Positions 24,712 to 38,800 of a DNA stretch of 64,000 nucleotides are shown piece after piece. Position 1 is the stretch's first letter. Each line of letters opens with the position of its first letter. A model generated the notes under the pieces. It was not told the origin of the DNA. It did not search any database and saw only the letters and a program-made list of their open reading frames with translations. A program made the position numbers and the translations under genes. Source of the DNA: Fonticula alba ATCC 38817 (lineage: Eukaryota > Protista > Nucleariida); assembly GCA_000388065.2 (NCBI GenBank), contig KB932202.1, one strand, 5' to 3'.

Positions 24712-25520
24712 CGCCCCGAGGCCCATCGTAGTTGTTGTTGTTTTTTGTTGTTGTTTTTTCCCGGGACCCCGCACTCCCCGTGATGCTCTCCCCTCGCCCC
24801 CGGCGCACCGAGCATGCCGCGGGCTGCTTCTCGCCCGGTCCACCGTGCGGGGAGGAAGGCCACAGCGGCGGGACGCGGGGCTCGAGGCACAGACCCGGCA
24901 CTCCTTGTCTCACTTCGGGCCTTCGCGGCTGCGCCGGTCCGCGCAGGGCGGGCCGGGGCGCTGGCCACCGGCGCAGGCGGGGCAGGGGGGACAGGCGCAG
25001 GCTGGGACCGTCGGCGCATCGGCCCCCCACCCCGCTTCTGCCGGCCTCTCGCCCCAACACCAAGGGTGGCGCGCCGAAATACTGGCCCCACCCCTCGCGG
25101 CCCACAGGCAGCCGCCCCCGGGGCCGTGCAGACAGAACACCATCTCCACGCGTTGGGGGGACCTCGCTGCCTTGGCCGCTGGTGAGGTGACGATCGCCCG
25201 AGATCGCGCTCGCACGCACGCACACGCACACGCACACGCACACGCACATTGGAAGGAGCAAGCGGCGGCCGAAGGTGGGCAGGTTTTTCCGACGGGCCCC
25301 TGGCCGGGCGCTGCCGGTCGCCCTTCTGACCAGAGCATTCCCCTCGCTGCCCTGCCCCCCCCCCTTGACTTCTTTTCAACTCGCCCGATCCGCCGCCCCC
25401 CCCCTCCCCCCGCCCATTCCCTCCCTCCTCCCCTGTTTGGCGGGCCTGACAACGCCTGCGACCTGGTGCAGCCGTCGCCGGCAGGTGGCCCCCAGCCCCG
25501 CTCCCCCCTCTCGCCGCAAT

Positions 25521-26124
25521 ATGACGCAGGTTGTCGGAACCCGGTGGTCCAAGCGGTCCACCATTCTCGGCCACCTGGACAGTGTGCGTGTGCTCAGGCC
25601 ATCCAGTCCGGGAGCTCCCCCCCCCCCCCCCCCCCCCCNNNNNNNNNNNNNNNNNNNNNNNNNNNNNNNNNNNNNNNNNNNNNNNNNNNNNNNNNNNNNN
25701 NNNNNNNNNNNNNNNNNNNNNNNNNNNNNNNNNNNNNNNNNNNNNNNNNNNNNNNNNNNNNNNNNNNNNNNNNNNNNNNNNNNNNNNNNNNNNCCCCCCC
25801 CGCACCCCCTCTTGGTTGGGCGTGCTCCGCCCGCTTCCCCAGCGTCTACTCACCACCCCGCTTCGCCCTCCCGGCGCACCACCGGCCCAGATCTCCGGCA
25901 TCCGGTATTCACCCTGCGGGACCTGGCTGGCCACCTGTGGCATCGACGCCACCATTCGCATCCATGAGGCTCGCTCTGGCAACCTGATTACCATCCTTCA
26001 CCACTCATCGCCGGTGCGTGCCTCGCGCCATGGCCTACCCACCCCGACCACCGCCACCGGCCTCCGCTCCCTTGCTGCCCCCCCATCGGCATCCCTCTCC
26101 CGCCGTGCTTGGGCCCACCATCCG

Positions 26125-26191
<67 letters not shown>

Positions 26192-29100
26192 TCCCCCCTC
26201 TCCATCTCACTCCCTCGCCCTCGCACCGCCGGCCATAACCTGGCCGCCTCGGCCCCTCGCAGGTGACCCACATCGACTGGTGCCCCACCGGCGAGTGGCT
26301 TGCCACCACCGGCACCGACGCGACGCTGCTCGTTTGGGGCGTTCGCAAGGGGGCACCCGCCAAGAATGGCTCCATTCCGGTGTCCTTCCACAAGCGCTTC
26401 TATGCCACCTACACCTCGCCCATCCTCTGTTGCGGGTTCTCCTCCGATGGGGCATATCTGTGGTTCGGCACCGGCCAGGGGGACCTGGTCATCCTCGGCA
26501 CCCCGGGGCATGAAACCCCGGTTTCCAGCAGCAAGTCCATGTCCTCGGCCTCGGCCTCGTCTCCGGCCGCCAGCCGGGCTCTCTTCTTCGAGGTGGGCAT
26601 CCTCTCGGACTTCGGCACCATGGCCATCGTCCATGCGAACTTGGCCTCCGGAAACCGGTGGCTGGCCGTCGTGTCTGGGAACCTGCATTCGGTCCCGGAA
26701 CCCGGGCCGGCTGGTGCCCTCGTTGCCCCGACCGCCTCCAGCGATGTCTTTGTGTACGACATGTTCGATCCAGACAGCGACATCCATCGGCTGTCCTTCG
26801 GGCACATCCTGGTCCGTGCCCACCCATGCCTCAGCCTGCCCCCCCCCCCCCTGTGCTCCTCCCCGGTGCTTCTCCACCGGCCGGCCAGGCAGCCCCATCA
26901 GCTGGCGGGCGAGACTCGCGCATTGTGTCACATATCCACTCACACCCGCACACACACACACACACACACACTTCCTTCCTCCGCGCCGCTCGCCGCCGCT
27001 CGCCGCCGCTCGCCTGCAGGTGTCATGCGTCCAGTTCAACCATCAGGGTAATATCCTGGCCCTGGCCTGCTCCGATGGCAGTCTCTCGCTTTGGATCTTC
27101 CGCGCGGCCGCTTGGGTTCGCATTGTGCAGCTCATCGTGCCGACCTCCTCCAACCCCGACGTGTCGGCCTCCACCTACAGCGGCACCCTGACGTCACTCT
27201 GCTGGTCGGCCGACGACACGCTCCTGGTGGCCGGCAGTTCCTCCGGCGGGGCCTGGGTTTGGTCCATCGAGGCCGGCCAGGTCCTCAACTATGTGGAACC
27301 CTCGCACCAGGACCCGCTTTCCTGGATCCCCATCAATGCTCCGGTGCGCGGCCCGCCACATGGCGCCCTCCATTCTCGTGCATGCCCCCGCTCACCCCCT
27401 TTCCTGCCCTCGCCGCCTGCTCGGGCGGAGGCCGGGACTGTGCCTTGCCCCTTCTGCCCGCCCGGTAGATTGCCCATGTCAACTACCATCCCCGGCACAA
27501 TGTCGTGTCGCTGGCCCTGGCCAACCAGCCCATGGTGGAGATCTGGTCCGTGGCCGCCGGCATCGCCACCACGGTCAATGACTACCTGAATGAGCAGCTT
27601 CGCAATCGGGAAAAGTCCATGGCTCGGGCTCTCAACTTGCAGCAGGAACAGCGCGTCATCATGTCCGGCTCGCTGCGCCATGTGGTCGACCACATGTCCG
27701 GCTCGCCGACCAGCTCCATCGGCAACAGCGGCACCGGCGGCCGGCGGCCCTCCTTCAATGCCTTCGATGAGACCCTCCTCCGGCGCTTCGGCACTCCCCC
27801 CACCCCGGGCAGTGAGCTTCCCTTTTCGGATCCCCCGGCTCCGCTGATCTACGCCGACCAGCCCCTCGGTCCCTCCATCGGCCAATATGGCTCGGTGGCT
27901 CCGCCCAATCCGTCATCCTTCACGGCCGATGCCCCGCTCTCCTCGCGGCAGATCCTCCCGATCACCCGCATTTCGGCCAGCACCCCGGTGGAGTCCGGCT
28001 CGCCGGCGCCCGACCTCGGTCCCGAGCACGGCCCCGATGGCAATGCCCCGGCCCCGGTGCGCATTCGCCTGAGCGTCGGCCAGCCATTTGACCCCGACCC
28101 GCCGGGCCCAGTGGCCGACCATGCAGCGCATGGGCTGCCGGACACGGCCGGTCCGCCCGGCTGCCTGTCCCCGGCTGCCACCGACCCCCAGGACCCGGCT
28201 GCGGCTCCCTCCGGCACCGGTGCCGGCGAGGATGGCCCAGTTGGCTCGCCGAGCTCCGGCTCCATCTTCAATGATCCCGGCAATGACATCACCATTTCCC
28301 TGTCCACCGAGGGCACGGACAACTTGGACATTCGCGTGTCCAAGCGCACTGCCGCCACCTGCTCCCCGGTGGTCGCCTCGTCGGCTGCAGCCACGGCCTC
28401 CGCCTCGTCCTCCCCTCCGGCCACCGGTGCCGGGGCGGCTGGCATGGATTTCATGCGCTCCGCTCGGCGCCTGGCTTCGACCATGACCAACCAGCTGGGC
28501 GCGGCTGTGGTCCAGGAATTTCCCCACCCCTGCCTGAGTGGACGTCGTGCGGAGCTGGCCCGCCTCGCGCAGAGCGCCCAGGTGGATGCCCAGTGCCTGG
28601 TGGAGACCCTGACGCACTTGGAGGCGGTCTTTGACAAGCAGGCGACCACCGCCGCGCGCGAGCGTGACATTGCGCGGAAGATTTCCCAGCTCCAGGAGGA
28701 GGCCCGGCTGCTGGCGCGCCAGCAGCGCGAAACCCGCAAGCTTGTGGCCAACCTCCGGTCCGAGGTGCACACGGTGGAGCGCCGCCTGGCTCGGACCCAA
28801 AAGCGCCATGTGACCCTTCGGGCCACGGTCAACGGCCCGACCGAGAGCATCCTCGGCATTGCCCACGCCTCTTCCTCCTCGTCGACTCCGTCATCGACCG
28901 CGGAGGAGGCCGGCGGCGGCCCGTCCAAGGGATCGGCCGGCCAGATGGGCCTGGCCCCGGCCGGCATGGCTGCCCTGGCCGTGGACGACATGCTTGTCTG
29001 GCTGGAGGACTGCGGCCTGGAGCGCCCGCTGGACATCCACCAGCAGCTCATCCGCGGGGGGCTAATCGACGGGTCGGACCTGCTGGCCCTGTCGCTGGAG

Positions 29101-31551
29101 GAGCTCACCCGGGCCCCGTACCACCTGTCGGTCAGCGACGCCACGACCATCCTCTTCTTCGCCCTGATGGCCGAATGCCGACTTGCCTTCCCCCATGGGC
29201 GTGTGATCGCCATGCCGGTGGGCCCGCCGGCCATGGCGGCCACCACGGCCTCGACCGCCGGGACCGGTGACGTTTCCGCCTCGCCGGACCTCGGCCAGCT
29301 TCACAGTGCCCTGTCGGCCGGGCCACTTGGTGACAGTGCTCCGGCTACGCCGGTCTCCGGCGCGGCCCACGGGCCCGGCCGCGCGCCCGGGGGCCCTGGC
29401 AGTCTGATGCTTGTGTGGACCTCGCGCGAGGTGGCGGCCTGGCTGGAATCCGTCGGGCTCGCGCCATTGACCGGGCGCTTCCAGTCGTCCCGCATCAATG
29501 GCGTCAGCATGCTGGCCCTCAGCGCCCTGACGGACCAGTCGCTCTCGTACGACATCCGAGTGCGACTGCCCTACGAGCGCTTCTGCTCGGTGGCCGGGTC
29601 CTCCAAGCACTTCCGGCCCTTCTGCCTGGCGGTGCGCGAACTGGTCAACATGCAGGTGGACCAGGGCGGTGCTCCCCGGTGGCTGTCCCTCTGGACCCCG
29701 AGTCGATCGGTGGCGGAGCAGCGCCCATTGGTGCTGGAATCACTGCTGGACGCCACTCCCCAGGGTCGCGGCACGGCCGAGGATTATGTGGCTGCCGCCA
29801 CCTTCCTGGTGGATGCGGCGGTGGTGGCCTTCTCTCCGCTGGCTCGATCGCCCTCCGGCGTCGGGAAGCGCTCGGCCATGGGCTCCACCGGCTCGGCCTC
29901 CGCTCTGGGGATTTCCGAGTCCAGTGTGCCGGCTGCCAGTGTCGTCGCTCCGCTGGCGTCGCAGCCACCGCCACAGCCGCAGCCCGTCAATGTCGGCGCC
30001 CATGGCGAAGAGGCCTTTGCCTTGAACCTAAGTGAGGAGGTGCTCCCGGCGCCGATCCTTCCCCTGGACGAGTATCGCCGCCAGCATGAGGAGTCGCCCG
30101 TCCCGGCCCCCCTGCAAACCCTCTACAACACCAGCGAGGAGGGCCAATTCTCGGTGGACCTGAGCATGATGGCCACCCCGGGCTCGGCTCCGGTGCCGGT
30201 GCCGATGCCGGTGCCGATGCCGGTGCCGGTGCCGGTTCCAGCCTCACTCCCGGCCATGGGGCCGATCCCGGTGCCGGCCCCCATCCCGGCGCCCCTGTCC
30301 GTGGCGCACTTCAGCTGTCCCAACACTCCGGTTGGGCAACCGCTGCCAAGCCCGCTGGTTGCTGGCCCGGCTGGCGGGCTCCCCGCTTCGCTGCCCCCGC
30401 CGCTGGTCCTGTCGCCGTACATCCAAGGGACCAACCCCACTCTGCCGCCGGGGCCCGGGTCCATGGTGCCCTCCGGTGGGGCGCCTCTGCCGCCGGCACT
30501 GGCGCCGTCGGCCGACGCCGCTCTCCCCCCGCCGCTGCCGGTGGCCGGCGGCACGCTCCCTCGCCAGCCGACGCCGTTGACAGTCAACAGCGCCCTCGCG
30601 GACGCCGTGGCGGCCCCGGGCTTGGCATCGCCGCTCCCTCCCCGTCCCCTGTCTCTGGTCAATGTGGTGGTGCCAGTGTCGCCGGTCGCCGGGCCCAAGA
30701 GCCCGCTGAGCCCGGCCCCCCCTCCGCCGCCGCTCCTTGATGACAATGACTCTGGTGATGCCCATCTTCTCGACACGACGGTCAGCGCATCGGACATGGG
30801 CCCCATCAGCACCGCCACCGCCGGGGCCGATGAAGCCTCGCAAGCGGAATCCCCCCTGTCGGCCATGCTCCTGCACGATAGCCCGGACCTCTTGGCCCAG
30901 CGCCTGGAGACCCTTGAGCAGCTCCTGTCGGACTATCTGGCGGCCGATGCGGCCTTGCTGGCTGCTGCTCCGCCGAACATGCCGATGATTGACAGCTCCC
31001 TGCGGTGTCCCCTGTCGGGGGTTATCTTCCGCGAGCCGATTCTCGCGCCGGACGGCATGATCTACGAGTTCCTGGCCCTCGAGGGGTGGATGCTGCGCAC
31101 CCAGCGGCCAATCTCCCCCCTTACCAAGCAGCCGATGCTGCTGGACGCCTGTACCCCGGCCTACTTGCAGGCTCGGCTGGCGGCCGCTTGGCGCTTCCAA
31201 GCCCAGGACCAGACCATGTCGGTGGCCGCGACGACACCGGCACACGACAGCACTGGCAGTGACCTCGACCAGGCACCTGCCGACAGATCATCGGTGCCCG
31301 ACTTCCCGGAGGACGACAGCCTTCTGGCAGCCTATGCCTCGGGAGCCGGGGAAAGTGATGATGACGTGGACTCCGACGCCACGGAAACCGGCCGACCGGC
31401 CGGCAGTTTGGACACCGACGTCGAGGACGACGATCCCGACACCGAGGAGACCATCGACCCGGTGGCAACCATGGTGGCACCGGCCGACGATGAGCCTCTC
31501 ACTCCCCTGGATGGCAGCCCGGCTGATGTCAGCGCCTCCGACATGTCATAG
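25521..31551 (+). CDS. WDSUB1: WD40-repeat, SAM and U-box protein (WDSUB1-like E3 ligase), about 1,713 aa, 5 exons
   Basis: Exons 25521-25583, 25891-26013, 26263-26811, 27020-27343 and 27469-31551 all have GT-AG boundaries in phase 0. WD repeats: ISGIRYSPCGTWLATCGIDATIRIH, VTHIDWCPTGEWLATTGTDATLLVW, VSCVQFNHQGNILALACSDGSLSLW. SAM-like segments: DDMLVWLEDCGL...IDGSDLLAL and WTSREVAAWLESVGL...INGVSML. U-box: LRCPLSGVIFREPILAPDGMIYE...SPLTKQPM. The N-gap in intron 1 could hide an exon, and orthology to WDSUB1 is inferred from architecture only. Confidence 0.8.
26125..26189 (+). repeat. Poly-C tract (about 65 nt) in intron 2 of the WDSUB1-like gene
   Basis: Homopolymer read directly; its length is unreliable in a draft assembly. 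Confidence 0.85.
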
Positions 31552-31591
31552 ATTCTCTGGTGTTTTCCTTTGTATGTGTGTTGTTCCGGCC

Positions 31592-31668
31592 GTGGGTGTG
31601 GGTGTGGGTGTGGGTGTGAGTGTGAGTGTGGGTGTGGGTGTGGGTGTGTGGGTGGGTGGGTGGGTGTG
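31592..31668 (+). repeat. (GTGTGG/GTGTGA)n microsatellite just downstream of the WDSUB1-like stop codon
   Basis: Hexamer repeat read directly. Confidence 0.85.
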
Positions 31669-32323
31669 CATGAGCGAGCCCCCACTCATGCAGGCGGGAC
31701 CAGAGGCCAAGTGGGGAACATACGTGCTTTGGGGGCTACGTGTATATTATTGTATTCTCGCCACCTTGGTTCCCCTCCTACACTCACCTGCACGAGGGAG
31801 TATGCCCTTTTCCTGTGTCCCCTCTTCGACAGGGTGGTGACCTACCTGCACACATATCTGCCTGAATAAAATGCCGCCCCCTGTCCACATGAACGTCACG
31901 GGGAAAACAGCAACCAGGACACCACAGGGCGGGGCACCGGCCAGAAGGCTCACTCGCGCATGCTCGAGTGCACCACCGACCCCAGAGAGAGAGAGAGAGA
32001 GAGAGAGACTCCAATATCCGGACACCAGGGCCGAGAGAAAAGAGAAGGCAGGCGTGCGAAACATGCATGGCTGTTGGTGGGGGCAAAAAAAGGGTGTATT
32101 TTGGACATCTCTCTTTGTGGCTGCTGATGGGGGAGAGGGGGGGGGGAGAGGGGCCTTGCGTGGCCACTTTCGGGCTGAGGAACAGACCACATTGTCCTCC
32201 CCCCCCCCCCTGTCATAGAGGGGAGTGGACGAGACACACATGAGAATGAAACACCGGGGGAAGGGAGAAGAGGGAGGAAGGCCCAGTCGAAAGGGGGCAA
32301 CAAAAGCCAGGCAACAAGCACAA

Positions 32324-32841
32324 TTAGTTGGGATTGTTGAAGCGCGCGGTGATGCCAGCCACCAGGGAGCGGGGCTTGGCCGCCGGCGACGGCCGAGCAG
32401 CCACCGGCGGCAGGCCATCCGACGCATCGCCAGCCGCGGCGCCCAGGACGCCGGGCTTCGGCGGGGGAGCGCGCGCGCCAGCCGGCGAGCCAGGCCCACC
32501 CGGCAGCGGCTGCCCAGGCAGGGTGATGGGCGGCGGGGGGGAAGCCACACCGGTGGCCGATGCCGCGGGCGAGGCAATCGACGCCGGAGGCGGGACGCCA
32601 GACGCCAGCGGCTGCGGCAGGGCCGGCGACAGGGGCTGCGGCGGCGGGACAGACGCCGCCGACCCCGGCACCGGGGCCGGAGCAGGTGCCATCGACACCG
32701 CCGGCGTCAAGGACCCAGACGACCCGACCGAGCTGGTGCTGATGGTGCTCAGCGGCCGGCCGGCCAGGTGCGCCGGGGGGGCCACGCCTACGAGGCTGCC
32801 AGAGCGCGAGAGCGACGGGCTGGCCGGAGGCAAGTGCCCGA

Positions 32842-32872
<31 letters not shown>

Positions 32873-35800
32873 ACCACCACCGGGCCCGGTGGCACTGGTG
32901 GGGCTGGTAACCATGCCGGCGCCCGAGGCCCCGGGGGGCAACATGCCGCCGGCCAGGACCATCGACTCGGAGGGCTGGTGACCGGCGCCGGCACCTCCCA
33001 GAGGCATGGCACCGGCAAAGCCGGTCGGCAGGGCACCGCCCGGCTGCGAGGCGGGGCCACCACCCGGCGGCCGGCCCGGCAGCAGACGCGAGATTTCCTC
33101 CGAGAAGTTCTTCTCGAAGTTGACAATGATCTGCTGGTGCAGGGGGACCATCTGATCCGGGACAATCTGCGCATGGAGCTGGATGCACTGCTCCACCACC
33201 ACCACCTGGTCGTCGATCAGCTGGCGCAAGGTCGACGCGAACTCCCCGTGGGTGGGATTCTCCGCGATGTACTCGGCCGAGAAGAAGGTCGTCCGGTAGG
33301 ACCCGACACCACCATTGACCGGGGAATCGGCCGTCCCACTGAGACACATGGTGAAGGGATTGCAGTTGGCCCCGGGGTTTTCGGTGTACTTGACGAAGAA
33401 GGAACGCAGCTCCTTGTTCTTGGTGGCCATGTTCTTGATGGCATTCTCGATGGGGCTACGCTCGATGACCTCCACGCGCAGGATCTCCGCCCGGCGCAGC
33501 ACACACGGGAAGACATACTCCGTGTAGAGGAGAGTCTGCTCGGTCCAGAGGTCCAGGAACTCGTTGCCGGTCTTGAACTTCTTGAAGGGCCGCGAGAAGG
33601 AGAACATCGACACGGCATTGGTCTCGTAGTACTTGCTGATGTACTCCGGCACGTCGGGATTCGAAAGGAGCGGGTTGCCAGCCCGGTCGGGGGACGGGTC
33701 CACCTTGACAATCTGGATGTACTGCCCGGTGGAGTTGGTGATGTCCGGCCCCGGGGCGGCATTGGTGTTCAGCACCTCGGCCACCGGGTGCTTGTCCTGG
33801 ATGCGGTCCTTGAAGGAGGACAGACGCTCCAGCTCATCACCACGATAGACGAACTGCTTGTTGCGCAACGACGGCGGGAAGCCCAAGCCGTAGAAGCCCA
33901 CACGGAAGTACTCATTGGCGAAGCGCTCCCGCATGAGGATGTTCATGTAGTACACCGACTGCTTGGACAGCACCACCGACATCTTCTTGTAATCATACCG
34001 GACACCGGCCTCATAGTGCTGGATGAGCTCCTTCGACCGGGCAATGGCGTCCTCCCAGTTCTTGCCCTTGTCCAGGTAGTCGCAGATCTTCATGTAGAGA
34101 GCCTCCTTCCGATCGAAGGAAGTCTGCGCCGGGAAGTCCACCACCGCATCCAGGGTGGCCTCCGGCCGGTTGTCCCAAGTGAGCATATCCGCATGCAGGC
34201 ACAGGGCAAAGGCCGCCTCGGTGTAATTGCCCGACTTGACATGGAGCTCGGCCAGCTGGTGCACATACCGGATGTAGGTCTCATGGCGATCGGACTGGCG
34301 AATGAACTCCATGAGCTTCATGATCCCATGGATGCGCTCGTCCTCATACTCCACCAGGTCCGGGATGGAGCGCAGGTTCAGCAGGAGGGCCAAATGGCTG
34401 TCCCACGACCGGAGCAGGTGCTCCAACGAAGCACGGAAGTCCGCCGGAGCCCCGGCACACACGGCATCAATGGCCGAAACAATGAACCCCCGGTAGCCGT
34501 CGCCATCGTGATCGGCACGACCGTCGGAAATGAGCTTGTCAATGCGATCCACACACTCGAGCTCAATCTGCCGCAGAGACCGGTGCACCTCGAAGAACTG
34601 CCGGCAAATGGAGGCAATCGCCTGGATGGCAAAAGTCCGGGCCGGAGGCAGGCGCATGGTGGTAATCTCCAACATCGGACCCACCAGGGTCAGAGCGAAG
34701 ACCCCATGGCGCGGGGCCCCGAGGAAGTCCCAGGTCCGGGTCAGCAAAGAGATGATCTCCAGACGCTGGTCGCCATAGGCCCGGCGCACATGGCGCTCCT
34801 TGGTCACGGAGAAGGCCTCCAGCTCCAAATGCGGCGAGGTAACCAGACGCGACAGCAGCAGCAGGTAGTCATGCCAGAGCTCGGCCTCGAAGGAGTGCTG
34901 CAGGCGCGCCTGCAAGATCGGCGACAGGATGGCCGCGATCTTGATGATCACACGGCAAATGAGCATCTGCATGGCGGCCCACTGCGAGGGGAACACATCG
35001 TGCGAAAGGATGGACAGCGACACGCCGATCAGCGACTGCAGGTAGTTGGTGGCCTCCGACGGATTGAGCCGGGTGGACAGGCAATTGGACAGGATGGCCG
35101 GCGGGGTGACATAGAAGATGGCCAGCAATGTGACCACCAGGTCCCGGAGGAGACGCTGCGAGTCGCTGGTCGTGGCCTTGGCGGCCGCGGCCTCCGACCG
35201 GGCCGAGGCAGCCGACGCCGACGGGCCAGCCGTGATGGTCAGGGCGGAAATGCGCTCCGACAGGTTCATGCCCCCCAGAGCGCCGGGGCCGGGGCCGGCA
35301 CCGGCACCGGCACCGGCCGCCGCCGCCGCGGCATTGCCAGCATCGGGCCCGGCCGAGCCGCCCATCACCTCGGCAATCAACTCCTCATAGGCACTGATGA
35401 GGCAGGGAACCAGCAGAAGGATGTCCTGCATGGCCTCATCGTTGGCGTTCAGATCGCCCGGAGTAAGGGTATTGGCGGCGGCGGCGGCGGCGGTGGTGGT
35501 GGTGGTGGCGCCGGGGGCGCCGGCGCCGGCCATCGGGCCCGCGCCACTACCACCCCCAGCCGGGCCCTGAATGGTGTTCAGAATGTCGCCCAGGGTGCTG
35601 ATGGCGTGGGCCATGTCTTCGCGATTGTTGTCCAGCATCTGCTCCATCAGCTGGCTGATGATGAGCGCGGTCAGGGGTTGACGCGCGGCCGCATGCGAGA
35701 AGAGCGTCGACTTGACCAGGGCCCGCATCATGGACATCTTGGCCGCCACGATGGCCGGATGGCGGGAGGAAGACCCGGTCAAGAACTGCCGGGTCAGCTG

Positions 35801-38800
35801 GGCCAACTCCGACAGATCATACACCCGCATCAACTCCGGCAGGCACTTGGGGAAGTTGGCCAGGAGCTGGGTCTGCGCCTCGAGGACGGCCTGGGCCGAT
35901 GGATCGCTGGAGGGCTGGCGCAGCAGGGACACCAGGTCCTCGAAGAGCTTGGTCATTTCGGTGCGGAACATGCGATCCGAGGCGGCGATGGCCGAAGGCC
36001 GGCGATCCTGGTTCCGCTGGAGCACACGCGATTGGACGATGAACTTGAAGATGACCTGCAGCCCGGAGAAGGCCGTCTGCAGCATGGACTGCGTCTGGCC
36101 ACGGTCGCGATCCATCCCGGCCGGGGCCTGGAGAAGGGCCAGCAGCTTGCACAGGGCCGATGCCAAATGCTTGTAGGCCATGGCCGAGGAGAAATGCATG
36201 GACACATAGCAATCCAACACCGGCCGGAACTTGTCCTGGCTCCGGGGATCCGTCATCAAGTTGATGATGAAGAGGAAGGCCCGGAAGACATCCATGTCCA
36301 GGGCGCCATCATCATTGAAGCGAGAGTCCAGGATGGCGAAGAGGGCATCGAAGATGTCCTGCGAGAAGCGCATGATATCCTGCTCCACCAGGCGCTTGAT
36401 GCCGACCAGCACGGCCTTCACCTCGTCCGCCGTGCGGGAAGCCTTCCAGGAGAGGAGCTTCAGCAACTCCACATTCTGGGCCAGCTTCGTGGAGCAGAGG
36501 CTCAGCTGGATGGTCAGATTGTCTCGGAGCAGGCGAGTCCCCTTGGGATCGGCCAGAGCACGCTCCGGCGTGATGTGCATATACTGCGAGGGCAGGGTAT
36601 CCGCCAGGGAGGACTGCTGCGGCTTGAGCTTCTTGTCCCACTCCAGCAGCTGCAGGGGGTACCGGTTGTCCTTGAGGACCGTGCCCTCCGGGGTGACCAG
36701 CGGCAGGAAGCCGAAGGCGAAGTTCCGATCGGTCCGGTCATCCTTGTCGCTGCTGGAGCAGTGCCGGAAGAGGAAGAACAAATGGACATCCTTGTACAGC
36801 TCGATCGGCACATCCAGGCGAATGACATCCGTGTACCGGGGAGTGTTGCAGTGGTAGAGCACCGTCGACACGAACTCCGACACCAGCGGCTCGCCGGACC
36901 CCTTGGAAATGCACTTGGGGATGACGCTGCCAGTGGAGTTGCTGCGCACGGTCAGGGAGAATTCCACATTACGAGCGGTGGTCTTGCGGCCCTGGCCGAA
37001 CTCGCCCTGCAACGGCATCAGATACAGGTCATTGCGATGGTTGCCCGGCAGGATGACCTCCGGGAAGCCAATGCGCCGGGTGAACTCCACCCCGGAGAGA
37101 ATCGGCGCCGTGTCACTGGCCAGCAGCCCGGCCAGGTCGCCGCCAAACAGCCGGAAGGACACGGAGATGGCCTGCGCCGTGGGGATCGACTGGTACTGGC
37201 CATTCATGCTGATGATGTTATCGGGCAGCTGGTGGAACTCGTCCTCATTGTTGGCCACATAGATGTGGATGACGTAGTCCTTCTCCGGGTCGATGATCTT
37301 GCCGGCCAGGATCTCATCGACATTGAGCGTGGCACAGCCGAAGGGCCGGCGGAAGAAGGACCGGTCCTTGTCGGACTGGGTGACGCTCATGCGGCCCACG
37401 CGGATGATCTTGCACACGAGGTAGATCTTGTCGGTGGGCTTTGGGAGGGGGGGAGAGAGAGGGGGGGAGAGAGAGAGGGAGAGAGAACGAGAGGGAGAGA
37501 GAGGGAGAGAGAACGAGAGAGAGAGAGGGGGAGGGAGGGAGAGGGAGGGAGAGGGAGAGAGAGGGAGGGAGAACGAGAGGGAGAGAGAGGGGGGGAGAGG
37601 GAGAGGGAGAGGGAGGTGGGTCAGCCATGGGGAGGGGGTGAAAGGGGAGCAGCCTGCGCCAAGTGGCACAGGGGAAGGACACGCACCGACAGCGGGGGAA
37701 GATCCACGAAGAGGGTGCTGAGCTGGTTGATCTTGGTCTCATCCACCGGCATACCATTCTGCGTGAGGACGATGTAGTAGTTCTCGGTCAGGTAGCTCTT
37801 GGTAGCGTGGTTGTAGAGGGAGAAGAAGATCTCGGCCGTCTCGCCGGGGCCACACAACTGGGCGATACAGGCGCCGAACTTCATCAGCAGATGGTGCGAG
37901 GTGATGGCGCTGCCGGCGGACTTGCCGTCGGTGTCGCTGCGAGTGAAGTCCGTGTAGCGCTGGTACAGGTCGGTGACCGTGGCATTGCGGCAATCCAGGG
38001 CGATGCCATGGTCATTGCGCACGACAATGTCCAGCCCCTGGATCTTCTGGCCCATGTCAATGCGGTTGATCATGTTCTGCCGGAGTTTGCGCAACTCCTC
38101 CTGAGGCAAGTTCTGCATCATCAGCTTGTGACTGTCCTTCAAAAGGCCGGCCACAATCGACTTCATGCGCTTGTACATGTCGTAGCGCTGCTTCCTGTAG
38201 TTTGGGAAGCGGAGGAACGGCGGGAGGATGGCGGGAGGTGAGCATGCGCGAAGGCAAGCATGCGCGAAAGGCAAGCATGCGCGAAGGCGCCGAGTGGGGC
38301 GGCGGAAAGAAACATAGTGGGAGGAAGAGAGGAAGAGGAAAGACGCACATGAGGTAAGTCCGGATGTTCTGGTTCCACTGGCGGACCATCTCAACCGCCT
38401 CCTCCAGAAGGGGATCGACATTGGCTGTGTCGTCATCCGGCTTCAGCATGATGTAGGAGGCGGGGAAGATGCCGCGGACCTGGCGGTTGTAGAGCAACGA
38501 ACCGAGGTACCAGCCGGCGCACTCTGATGGAAGAGGAGGGGCGGAGGGCGGACAAAATGGATGTGAATAAACAGGCCAGGAAAGAGAACAGTCAAGGGGG
38601 CACTCGTCTGCACACACCCTGCTCAATGAGAACCGCATCGCCAACGTCAAGGGAGATCTGCGCGCGAACGAAGGGGTCGGTCGGCTGCTTGTCCTTCGAG
38701 GCAGCGCCGCTGGCGCCACCGGCGGCCGCGGAGCTGGAGCTGGCGCCGCCGGCGCTCGGGGGCGCCGAGGTGCTGGAAGGAGTGCCCTCGGGCACAAAGG

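Noticed and set aside
21000-25500. Genes or ncRNAs in the 4.5-kb region between the divergent bZIP and WDSUB1-like genes
   Set aside because: I found only microsatellites, homopolymers, gaps and ORFs without protein-like composition, and no tRNA, rRNA or snRNA signature that I could recognise.
32225-37777. 1850-aa plus-strand ORF antisense to DOCK
   Set aside because: It mirrors the DOCK final exon codon for codon. Strong GC3 bias removes antisense stops, and the translation has no recognisable domain.
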